Shown: one piece after another, positions 23,801 through 35,800 of the stretch
Position numbering within the stretch: position 1 is the first letter of the stretch
Layout of the letters: each line of letters begins with the position of its first letter
NCBI GenBank assembly: GCA_012862495.1
Contig: BLSG01000079.1
Coordinates: 1 to 53,221 of the forward strand
DNA: 53,221 bases
From: Thraustochytrium aureum
Lineage: Eukaryota
Direction: 5' to 3'
Translations under genes and position numbers: made by a program
The notes under the pieces: generated by a model
Databases searched by the model: none
Told to the model about the DNA's origin: nothing
Seen by the model: the letters and a program-made list of their open reading frames with translations, nothing else

Positions 23801-26800
23801 TCGCTTGACGGAGAGCGCTCCGTGCTGGGCACGTTCACCTACTTTTGCCAAACCCACGTGAAAAAGCTCTTCCCAAGTGTGGTGACGGAGGGACGGGGGC
23901 TGCCTCGATGGGTCCGCGTGGTAGGCGCCGGGTTTCTGCGGAGCTCTTCACTTGTGTGCGCGTTTCGTGACGTGTCTGCTGTTGGAGTCGGCTTTACAGT
24001 CTCTGGCATCCCTGGGGGTTGAGTCGGCATTCGCTGCCCGGTCCCAGGGGCCTGACGCCAGGCATNNNNNNNNNNNNNNNNNNNNNNNNNNNNNNNNNNN
24101 NNNNNNNNNNNNNNNNNNNNNNNNNNNNNNNNNNNNNNNNNNNNNNNNNNNNNNNNNNNNNNNNNNNNNNNNNNNNNNNNTGTCGCAAGGCGACGCCATG
24201 CTGAGAGTTTTGCGCCGCGCCGACCTTGTGCGCATCGAGCCTCGCGGTGCGCCGGTTGGCTCCCATGCTGAGCTGCAGGTCTTTGGCGCGGCGCTGCTCG
24301 AGCCTGCCGACGAAGATCCTCTCGTTTGCCTCTTCAAGCCTCTGGAGGTTGGAAGCACAGGGTCGTCTCCGTGGGTCCAGTCGATGGTTCATCTATATCA
24401 ACCTGCGAGCAACGCGTCGGTTGCACAGGGAGCATGTTCAGCACCAAGGCTTTCGCGGCCGAGCTCCTTTCGCGTCGCTCTGGCTCGCCTCAGCGCACTC
24501 AAGTATGGGAAAGCCGATGAAGCACTTGAGGGATCGGAGATCATCTTTGAGGCCTTTGCTGCACCAACCATCAATGGCCTTGGCCAATCCGCGACGCCTG
24601 GCGACGGGGGTTCGGTAATTGAGATCTTGGGGAGCTTCCCGGAGGGCTCGCGGTTTCTCTGTCAATTCGCCCAAGATCCATCTCTCCGCGCCCCATTGCG
24701 GAGCTCGCAAGATGGGGCGAGCTGCACAACACCAGATGACTTTGGCAACCGCGTCAGCAGAGGCTGGGTAAGCTTGCAGGTTGTTGATGCAGTGAATGGC
24801 GTGGAGGTCGAGAGTTCTGGGAGCCTTTCCCTTGCCATTTTCGTCTTCGATCAACCCGAGCTTGCGTCGATGGCACCTGCACTCGGACGGAAGCAGGAGG
24901 AAATCAAGTTCTTCTATCGACCTCAAAGGGCTCAGCGTTTCCGCGGCAACTGAGCAACCAGATCAGGTGCAGGTTTGGGACGGTGCAGCAATCGACCTCC
25001 GCAACCTTCGTGAATGAGACCATGATTGCTTGTGTAACGCCTGAGCACACTCCGGGGCTTGCGCGCGTCGCGGTGTCTTTGAACGGTGGGCTAGACTGGG
25101 CTAGCGCAGGCTCCGAGCTAGACTTTACGTTCACACAGGCAGAGACGATCACTGCTGTGAGCCCGCTCAGTGGCCCTGCAAACGGAGCCGCTCTGGTTCG
25201 AGTGACCGGAACAAACTTTCTGCCAACCCTCACGTGCCGCTTTGGACAGGCTCTCGTGCGTGCCCACGTAATTTCGTCGAGCGCTGCGACGTGCCTCACT
25301 CCTCACGCAGGTGCCGCGACGGCGACAGCTTTCCACAGCCCCGAGCAGGCCGTGACAGTTCCGCTTTACATTTCGAACGCTGCGAGCTCACGTCGAACAG
25401 GTGCTGCAATGGTGTATGAGTACCTGCCCGAGGTGCGCATTGATTTCGTTGAGCCTTCCCTCGTTCTTCAAGAACGGCGATCGCTCGTGAAGGTCACTCT
25501 CTCGCCCCTTTCAGAGAAGCTCATGGCCAGGCTTTGGTGCCGATTCGGTAGCTTTGGCAGCAGCCCCGCACGCGTTGCTGGGCCACTCACAGTTCAATGC
25601 GAGACGCCTCGCATGGCCGCCGTAGCGTCCGGGGTCATGGTTCCCGTCGATCTTGTGCTCGGTGGGGATCGCTCCAAAACTGAGCTCTCGGGGTCCCAAC
25701 TCATCTCGAGCAGTCCCGCTGGGGTCGCGAGATTCATCGAGTTTGCCCCGGTGCCGCATGTCTACAGTATCATCCCGTCTGTTGTCTCCGAGCGCGGGGG
25801 CACGACTCTCTCCATGCTGGGGAGCAGCTTCGTTCCGCTTCCCGGGTCGGCCTGCATCTTTGTTGGCCTCGGCGGCACAGCTTCGGCTCCTGCGGAGTGG
25901 ATTTCGCCAGAAGTAGTAAAGTGTGGCACACCACCGCTGCGGCCAGGACAGTATTCTGTTCGGTTCTCATTCGATGCATTTGGGCACTCCTCCGGCGACG
26001 AGGTGGGCAACTTGTCGGTTGTGCCAGACGGGGAGCTGTTGTCTCTCACACCCAATGTCGGCCAGCTTTTGGGGCGCAGCAACGTGACCCTGCGAGGAAC
26101 GAATTTTGCAAGCGCGGGCGGCGAGAGTGGGCTTTTGTGCGTTTTTGGCGAGTCGTTTGCAACCCCGGCACAAGTGTTGAACGAGACCATGGCAACCTGC
26201 AAAGTGCCTTCGATGTCTGTCGCTGGTGAAATCTCTGTTCGCCTGCGCCGCGCCGACAACCGGGGCGACTCTATTCACGGCCAACTGCGATTCACACTGT
26301 TGCCTGCGGCCGTTGCTCTCCGCGTTGAGCCTCGATTCGGCGGCTTCGAAGGGGGGACTCTCGTTTCTGTTTACGGCGAGGCTCTTGACTCGGCGGAGGG
26401 GTGCATGTTTGACTTTGGTCAACGTGCCGGGCTTGAGGTCCGCGTTCCGGTCCTCTCTTTCCAGAGTGAGATAGCGAGGTGTGCGAGCCCCCCGCTTCCG
26501 GAAGCACTGCGCAGTGCCGGCACCAGCGTGGTGGCACGAGTTCGGCCGTTTGTCGGGAGTGAGGGCGGTCTATCTGGCTCGCAAGCGCTTTCAATGGCCG
26601 TATTTGAGTATGTGCCGAGTGCGTCCGTGCAGTCAGTCGTGCCTCTGATAGGCTGCGAGCTTGGCGGGACGCAAGTTGTGATAAAGGGCTCAGGTTTTCG
26701 GGTCACGTCACAAGGCTCCAGCGAACACGAATTGCTTGGCGATGCTAAGCCGGCCTGCCGCTTCGGAATTGAATCTGTCGTGCCTGCCGTTGTTCGCTCT

Positions 26801-29800
26801 GCAAATGAAATGACGTGCCGCGCGCCGTTAGCCAGTTCCCCAGGACCTGTTCTTCTCCAGTTTACCCTGAATGGCGTGGACTGGTTCGGTGAGAGCACAT
26901 TCGTGTACTACTCACCCGTGACGACAACGCGCGTTAGTCCAGAACTGGGTCCTGCGACTGGGAGAACAATGCTCCGCGTCACCGGGACCCAGTTCATTGA
27001 CACCGACCACCTGGCGTGCGTATTTCACGTCGACTTTGCGGCCGGTGAGGTCCTGGATGTCGTGATGGCCCATTGGCTCAGCTCGACGGAGGTAGCATGC
27101 TCAACGCCACGAGCTATTTCGGGCGTCGGTCGCGTCTTCATAGAGGTCTCCAACACAGGCTCCTCCGAGCTCCGCGGGGATCCCGCGAACCTTCCAGGGT
27201 TTGATTTCCACGAGCCGCTCGCAGTAGCTCACGTGGTGCCCGAACTCGTATCGTATGGATCGCTTGCCACGTTTAGCGTTACCCTGCAGGCTCCTGGCTC
27301 CCTTCGCCTCTGCCGCATCGCCGCAGGCGCGGAAGAAGTTCTCGCCAAGCCCCTGGCTCGTCTGGGCATTTCAGCTGCACCTTGCGCATGCCTGAGGGCG
27401 GTTCGGAAGAAGTCGTTCTTGAATTCTCCTCGAACGGGGTGAACTGGGTCGCAGCGCCTCGGCCAACATCGGTTGTAGCGCCTCTCACAATCGCTGACGT
27501 GAGGCCGGTGTCCGGGTCTTGGAAGGGAGGGGCTCCAGTTGCAGTTCGTGGCACAGGCTTTATTCGTTCGTCGCACCTGTTGNNNNNNNNNNNNNNNNNN
27601 NNNNNNNNNNNNNNNNNNNNNNNNNNNNNNNNNNNNNNNNNNNNNNNNNNNNNNNNNNNNNNNNNNNNNNNNNNNNNNNNNNNNNNNNNNNNNNNNNNNN
27701 NNNNNNNNNNNNNNNNNNNNNNNNNNNNNNNNNNNNNNNNNNNNNNNCGTGGCACAGGCTTTATTCGTTCGTCGCACCTGTTGTGCAGGTTTGGCCAGCT
27801 TGCGCCGAGCCCAGCGACTTGGGTTTCAGCGTCTCTAATCACGTGCGCGTCGCCTGCCCTTGTGAGCACCGAGCCTACGCAACTGCCAGTTGCTGTTTCG
27901 AACAACGGGGAGAACTTCGTGGACTCTCAAGTAGAATTTCGCGTGCACGACCCGGCAGTTCAGGATTCTATTTCTCCGCGTCGCGGGCCCATCGTTGGCA
28001 ACACCATGGTGCACGTTCGTGGATCCAACCTTGGAGTTTGCGAGGCAAAGCACGCGGCATGCGTTCTCGTCGATGTCGAGACTGGCAAGCCTGTGCTTTC
28101 GATGCCGGCAAACATAAGCGCCGATGGGAACAGCGCTTTCTGCGTGACACCTGCTTATGCTCGGCGGGGCACTTTTCTCCTTCGCCTCACCACGAACGGG
28201 GTTGAGTTCGCCGAGCTCTCGGCAGGCGAGTCTAGCATTTCGTGGACCTTTGTGGAAGCTCCAAGGGTGGAGCGTGCCAGCCCGGCCGTTGGGAGCGTGC
28301 AAGGCAACACGGTTGTCGCCATCCACGGGAGTGGCTTTCACAGTGACTCTCGAATTGCGTGCCGATTTGGCGTTTTTCCTGCTGTGCGGTCCCGTGTTGT
28401 TGCGGAAGACCTCGTGCTATGCGACTCGCCACCGTCGCCAAACGGCCCTGGCGCGGTCGCGATCGAGATCGAAGTCGAAGACGGTGCTTACACAACGTCG
28501 AATGGGGTCACCTTTCGCTACCAGGACGACCCACAAGTCACCACGGTGCGCCCAGCCTTGCTGTTTGAAGATTCCGAGGGCGTCCTCCTGACAGTTTCGG
28601 GGACCGGGTTTTCTCCGGACGAGCCCGCAATGGCCTGCGTTTTCACACTATCTTCAGCTTTGCGACCGGGCGCACTTCATCGAACAGTTTCGCTTGCACA
28701 GCCGCTGGGTGCAGCGCAGGTCGCCTGCCGTTCGCCGCGTCTGGAGTCGCCTGGCTACGTATCACTCGCGCTCTCTGTTGATGGGGGAAAGACAGTCGCG
28801 TCAGGGTCTGAGATCAAGATGCTTGCTGTCCCTCGCCCAGTCGTGGTCGCGGTCGAGCCTCTCGCAGTTGCGACTGTCATGGTCGAATCTACCTTTCGCT
28901 TCACCGTGGAAGGAGTTCGCTCAGACGCGATTGGCCTCGCTTCAGATTTGTCGTGCGAGTTCGTTTCTGAGGAAATTGCGCTGCGAGTCGCCGCAATGCC
29001 CTTGCCCGGTCATGACGATGGCCGGCCCCGCGTCGTTTGCTCTCCCGTGCGTTTCGACTCGCGAGGGAAATACGCCGCGCACATTTCCATGCAAGGCGAG
29101 CTGATCACGAAGGCCACGCTCGCCACGATCAGCGTTGTTGATGGCAGCGCCGCAGTGGCTCATGCGAGGCCAACCGCTGGGGCCGTGGGGGGTGGCACGC
29201 TTGTTCGCTTTTTTGGCGCTCACTTTGAGAGCCTCGAGGGAGGCCTCGCATGCAGATTTGGAAGTGCTCACCCGGTTCGTGCGTTCCTCGCCATTGACGG
29301 GGAGCAGAGTTCGGTGCACTGCACTGCCCCAGCGTCGCGAGATGGAGCCGCTTGGGTTGATCTTGACCTCGAGCTTGAGGGCGCTCCTCTACCTGGGGTT
29401 GCTGGGCCGTTGCGGTTCAAGTATACAAACGAACTCGGGGTTGACCGCGTCTGGCCTTCGATTGTGCCAGAGTCGGGTGGCTCAACCGTACAAGTCATTG
29501 TACGCGGCCTATCTGCAGCCCCTGGTGACACTGGGGTATTGTGCAAGATAGGCGCGTCGCCGGCGTCGCCAGGGGCTGTGGTTTCTGCGGAGACCGTTCA
29601 ATGTGTGGTGCCGCGCCTCCGGCCAGGCTCCGCCGACATCCTCATCTCAGAAAACGAGGGGGCCGATTGGTCTCATTCCAAGTCTGTTTCGCTGACGCTC
29701 ACTCCAGCAGTGAGCATCCACTCTGTCGAGCCGCTGTGTGTGGCCGCGAGCGGAGGGTCGGTTGTCACAATAAAGGGGACTGGGTTCTCGACTGAGGTGA

Positions 29801-32800
29801 GTGCGACGTGCCGTTTTTCGCCCTCAAGCGAAGATGGTGCGAAGGACCTCAACGCTGCAACTCGATCGTCGCACGCGCGAGTCGTTGACGACGAGACATA
29901 CGTCTGCTCGGTCCCAGCTCTACCTACTGCGGGACCGCACGTGCTCGACTTGGTGTCGGGGGAGATTGTGATCGCGCGTGCGCCTGCGACGATGTACGTG
30001 TTTCTGCAGCCAGCGGTAGATTCAATTCAGCCTGATCTCCTGCCAGCTGGGTCTCCACTACTCCTGCGCATCACTGGCTCTGGCGTGGTCTCATCGAAGT
30101 GCACGACATGGTGCAGGTTTGAGAACGAGCCTCTCGCACCAGCTGCGCGGGGCATAGCGCTGTCTGCGGACGCTGTGGCGTGTGATCTTGCCGGCCGCCC
30201 CGATGAAGGCCCCGCTCAAGTACAAATATCACTCAACGGGCAGGACTTCGTCTCCGCCGGAACTGTGCATCTAGTCCCGGCAGCCACCCTTGACACTGTG
30301 GTCCCAGCAGTGGTAGACGAGAGCGGCGGCGCCATTCTGCGACTGCACGGTGCCAACTTTATCAACGACGAAAGGCTCACATGCAGAGTGGGCGATGTCG
30401 CAGTTCTCGCTCGTTTCGTATCGAGTACTCTGGTAGAGTGCGTTGCACCTGCTCATCGTCCCGGGAGCGCTGTGGTGCGTGTCTCGAACAACGGACGCGA
30501 TTTCTCGTCTGATTCGCTTCATGTGCAGTTTGTAATGACCCCAGTTGTGCGCGGCGTCTCGCCAGCGTCTGGATCGAGCAGCGGTGGGTCAGCGGTCGTC
30601 ATCCAAGGGTCAAACTTCGACCCAACAACCGAGTTTGCCTGCGCGTTTGTTGCCCCAGGTTTTGACGTTCCACTGTTCGTCCCCGCTGTTGCTCTGGACG
30701 CGTCGCAGGTGAAGTGCACGACGCCGATGCACCCAGGTGGGCCAGGGACAGCGTGGATCCAAGTTTACAGAGTGGAGGATGGTCTTGCTGTTCCCGGCGG
30801 TGCGCCATTCTCTTTCGTTGCCTCGGCCACCGTTTCTGGCATAGCTCCAGCCTTTGGGCCAGATACTGGTGGATCGCAGGTCCTGGTGTACGGTACTGGG
30901 TTTGTCGCTTCTAATAAGTTGGCATGCCGGTGGTCTGGGAGCGTGCTTCGAGCTGCGGAGTTTGTGTCAAGTGGCCAAGTCGCTTGCAGCAGTCCTGCAG
31001 GGGTCCCGGACCAACTTGCATCCCTTGAGGTAACGAACGACGGACTCACCTTCACTCGCGCCGTCGAGTTCTGGTACCTGAAGAAGGAGTCGATCGCTCG
31101 TGCCGAGCCGCCACACCTCCCAGAGGGCGCAGAGTCGGTCCGGCTCATCGGCAAGGGGTTCAAAGCTTCAGGAGAACTCTGCTGCAAGCTCGGGACGGCT
31201 TTGGGGCAAGCGATATGGGAGAGCAGCTCGGTCGTTCGATGCGAGCTTGGGACTCGCGCGCGTAAGCCAGGGGTGTTCTCGCTGCAAGTTGCGAACAACT
31301 GCGTCGACTTCGTTTCGATCAACATTGTCGTTGGACCAGCAGACATGGCTCACGCGACCTTGAACGTGGTCACTGGCCCGCCTTCGGGTGGGACTCGCAT
31401 TTTGCTGCGCTCACTAAACAGCACCGCAGCAAGCCGTGCCGACGAGCTGTTGTGCTTGTTCGACGGGCGAATTGCGCACGCGACCGAGGTCGGCCCCGAC
31501 GGGTCAATTGCGTGCATAGTGCCCCCGCGACGGTCTGGAGCGGCCGTTCGCGTGGCGGTCGCGGCTCGCTACCCTGATTCGCTCGAACCTGTCGCTGTTT
31601 GGGACTCGGTACAGCACCAAGGATTGTACTTTACCTACCACGACCCTGTCGAGGTTGAGAGCGTGCAGCCCAAGGTAGCCTCTCCTTCTGGTAGTACAGT
31701 CCTGCGCGTCTTTGGCCGCGGGTTCAAAGACCAAGAGGGCCTGGTGGCCGTATTTTCATGCCCTTCGTTTCCTGAAGGACGGAAATCAGTAAAGGCGGTC
31801 TTTGCATCCGCGGGCCAAGTCAACGTCCTCTCTCCGCAAGCAGCGACGAGTCCTGCACGCTCGCAATCAGCTTAAATGGTGGCGAAGACGTAGACCCCGT
31901 CGGGACCCGTGTTTACTTCCGCGATGAACCTACGCTTTTAGACGTAACCCCGCGGCACATTCTGCCCTTAGGAGGTGGGCAACACGTCCCGCTTCTCATT
32001 TCGGCCCAGAAACTGGATCGAACCGATGCCACCGCATACCGGTGTAGATTTGGGACGCACGAGGTGGTCGCCAAGCTGGTCGACGACGATCGCATCCTGT
32101 GCAACGCGCCGCACATGGAAATTGGAAGCCGGGTCTCGCTCGAGGTAGCCTACAACGGGGTTGACTTCACGACGAGTGGGCTTTTTGTCGAGTATGCACC
32201 CGCCCCGCAGCTTCTTGACATCTCTCCAAACGTCGGGCCTTTGGACGGAGGAACACAGATCAGGCTTGCAGGGACCAATATGGGAATTGTTGCTGTGCTT
32301 CCAAGTTTGCGGTGCAGGTTTGCTCTGGTTGAAGAAGGCAGCGCAGAACTCTCTGAGGGAACTGAGCCAAGGGCCTTTCTTTCCTCACTTCACTTCCAAG
32401 AGTCAGCGGAGGGCCTCGTCGCGACCTGCATGACTCCATCACTTCTCGACTTTGAGGGCCCCCATCTCGCTGCTAAATCTGGCGTCGCCGCAGTCGATCT
32501 CGTCCAGGTCGCAACGGGTTTTCGAGGTATACTAGAACTGAGCGGCGCCTCAAACGCGCAACCTGTCCGGTTCCGCTTTGCGCCACGCCCGCGCATTCAA
32601 GGCCTTGAGCCTTCCTCTGGCCCGGTATCCGGGGCTACGCTTCTCGTTGTGAGCGGCACGGGCTTTGAAGAGTCTTCAACTCTNNNNNNNNNNNNNNNNN
32701 NNNNNNNNNNNNNNNNNNNNNNNNNNNNNNNNNNNNNNNNNNNNNNNNNNNNNNNNNNNNNNNNNNNNNNNNNNNNNNNNNNNNNNNNNNNNNNNNNNNN

Positions 32801-35800
32801 NNNNNNNNNNNNNNNNNNNNNNNNNNNNNNNNNNNNNNNNNNNNNNNNNNTTCAACTCTTCAGTGTCGATTCGCACCTGCCAGCGGCCAGGGCCACACCG
32901 CAGTCTCGCGAGCTGCATTTCTCAGCGAAAACGCGGTCAGGTGCATGACGCCGCCTGCTCTGCCGGCTCAGTCTGCGGCTGTTGTAGCCGTGACCACAAA
33001 CGGCGTTGACTTCACGAATGAAGCTCCGGTGTTCACGTATGACCCAGTCCCGTCGATCCGCGCTGTCGCACCCGAGCACGGCTCGCTCGATGGCGGAATC
33101 TCGGTTTCAGTCTACGGAGCAGGTTTTGCTGACAAGAGCGGGCTTGCGTGCCGCTTTGGCTTGGCACTGCCGAGCCCCGCACACTTCGTTTCAGAAAGCG
33201 AGATCATTTGCGAGGCTCCGTCTGCTGGCTTTGTGGGCCCGGTCCTCGTTCAAGTCACGAGCAACGGGATTGACTTTTCCTCCGACATCGTGCAGTTCTT
33301 TTACGTTGGCCAACCGGTCGTGTATTCCGCAAACCCTGCAACAGGACCAGAGCGGGGCGGGACGCTAGTGCGCGTCATCGGGTCCAACTTTGTTGTCGGC
33401 GACGGGACTGATCACGACAGTGGCTCGCTGCTGTGTCTGTTTGGCGAGGTCGCAGTTCCAGTCGAGCGCGGTGAGACAGACCAAGAGATTTTCTGCTCGA
33501 CGCCCGCAATGCTGAGCAACACGAGCACAGTCGCGCTCTCGGTCGTTCGCCGATCAGATTTTGGATCTGGGGGCGCTTGGTCCGCTTCCCCTGCCTTTTC
33601 AGTCGCGTTTACTTTCCACCCCGACATCGAGCTCGAGTCAATCTACCCTCCTCTTGGAGGTGTTTTGGGGGGAACGATAGTGAGCATCAGGGGGAGCAAC
33701 ATGGTCGGCGAGGACCTGGAGTGCCAATTTGATGGAACCATATCGACCCGAGCTAAAGCAGTATCGACTGAGTTGCTGCAGTGCCCAGTTCCGGTGTGGA
33801 GTGGCCCGGTTCCTTCAAACGTGGCTGTTCGAGTCAGCGTCAACGGCCAAGACTATTCTCCGGGCACAGGGCTGCAATTTACCTTCGTTGCGGAGCCCAC
33901 CGTGACGCATTTGTCGTCGCACCGTGGCTTGGCGACAGGGGGCTCGCCAATCCGCGTATTTGGTTCAGGCTTCCTTCGCACCCCGCTCATCGCGTGCCGA
34001 GTTGGTGAAGTTGTCACGACTCCAGTGGCGGTCTCGCCGCTTCTCGACTACGTGGACTGTGTAGCTCCGCCCGCCGTTCGGCCAAGCGACGAGGTTCAGC
34101 TCGTCGTGCTGAAGCGACTTGTCCAACAGCAAACTGTGCAGAGCGTGACCGTTCTTGCCCGGCCCACGCAGCGCGAGGTCCAGCGCGTCGTTCTTTCCGC
34201 TTGGGGCCAAGATCCCGACGGCACCGGCGACCTTGCCGAGGTGCAAGCCATTCGAACCACGGCGTCCAGCGTGATATTCGGCTCTTTCCGCCTCTCTTTC
34301 CGAGGCGATCAAACTGCCGATCTTCCCTTCGACATCAGCGAGGATGGAATGCAGGCGGCCCTGAACGGTCTCGGCCAGATCGAAAACGTGCTAGTTTCGC
34401 GATCTGCACATGGGTCGCACGGGCTCGAATGGTTGGTGACCTTTGCTGGAAATGCAGGTGATATCGAACCCTTGGAAACAGAATTCTCGGGCTTGGGCGC
34501 AATCAGCTCTGGAGATGCTCGAGTCGCCGTTGTAGAGCTGCGCGCGGGAACCTCAACACCGATCAACTCGGGGACGTTTCTTCTCGAACTGAATCAGCGA
34601 TCGATGTTGGTCGCATTTGACGCCGCAGAGGAAGACATGGTGACCGCGTTCGAGTACCTCTTTGACCCTCTCGTCGGCTTTGAGGCAACCCGAACGTCAG
34701 TCGCTGATCGGAACGGCGGCCACGAGTGGCTCGTAACTTTTCCTGCAAACGCGGAGGTAGACCACCCGGCGCCTAGGGTCGACGCCTCTGGTCTAGCACC
34801 TGCCACACTCGCCGCTGGGTCGGTCGTCACCGTTCAAGACGGCAGCACCCTCGGTGGCACCTTTCAGCTGCTGTTTGCAGGACTAGAGAGCCGGCCCCTG
34901 CCGTTCGACGCCTCTGCGCAAGCCGTCCGCGACGCTTTTGCTCAAGACTTTGGCGTCAGTGCTAGCGTGTCAGCCAATGCGACCAGCGGGGCCGAGTGGG
35001 ACGAGAGGTCTTGGGACATTTCGGTTGAGTCCATCGAGGGGCATCTGCCTGCACTGGAGGTCAACAGCTCCGCACTTACGGGGGCAAGTGCTTTCGCTAG
35101 GGTCGAAACGATCCAGCCCGGCTCCCGCGCGTTGCGTGGCGCATTCCGCCTCGCGTTCCAGTCGGAGGAGACCGGCTTTCTCGACTGCAACTCCACTGCC
35201 GAACAAGTCCGTGACGCCCTGGAATCGCTCCCTGGCATTGGATCTGTCGTCGTCTCGAGGTCAGACCAAGTCATCGGGTCGCACTCGGTAAGGACGTGGG
35301 CCGTAAGTTTCACGTCGACGGGGACTCCGGCCAACATCGGACCGCAACCTCTCCTTGACGTCCTGGACGAGGATCGCGTCGTTGGTGTTGGTGTCAACAT
35401 CGGGGTGATACGCGACCAAGTTGGGTGTTGCCGCGTTGGCGTGACTGTTGACGGTCAACGGTTCACGGAGAGCGCCGAGGCATTTCGGTACGACGATCAC
35501 GTTGCAGTGACAAGTCTGAGCCCGCGTTTTGGACCAAGCTCGGGCGGCACTACTCTCGAGATCCGCGGGACGGGCTTCTTTGCGCACGGCCAGATTGGCT
35601 GTATCTTTGATGGATCAGCTGAGACGGCTGCAACATTTGTCTCCTCAACTGAGATCCGCTGCGCGGTCCCGAAGATGCATAACACGGCGGGCCATGCCCT
35701 AAGCCCGTACTCGATCGTCAATGTGCGGTACCATCTCGGCCAGAGTGAGGCGGAGAGCTTTGACGGGCTTTCTTCCGCCTATTTCACGTTCATTGAACCG

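Noticed and set aside
27547..27783. 36-bp direct repeat flanking a gap as a target-site duplication or real tandem duplication
   Set aside because: It is an exact contig-end overlap, and collapsing it restores one normal IPT unit. The same applies at 2475/2578 and 32675/32851.
26261..34310. RGD tripeptides in the giant protein as integrin ligands
   Set aside because: A few occurrences are expected by chance in ~12,000 residues rich in R, G and D.
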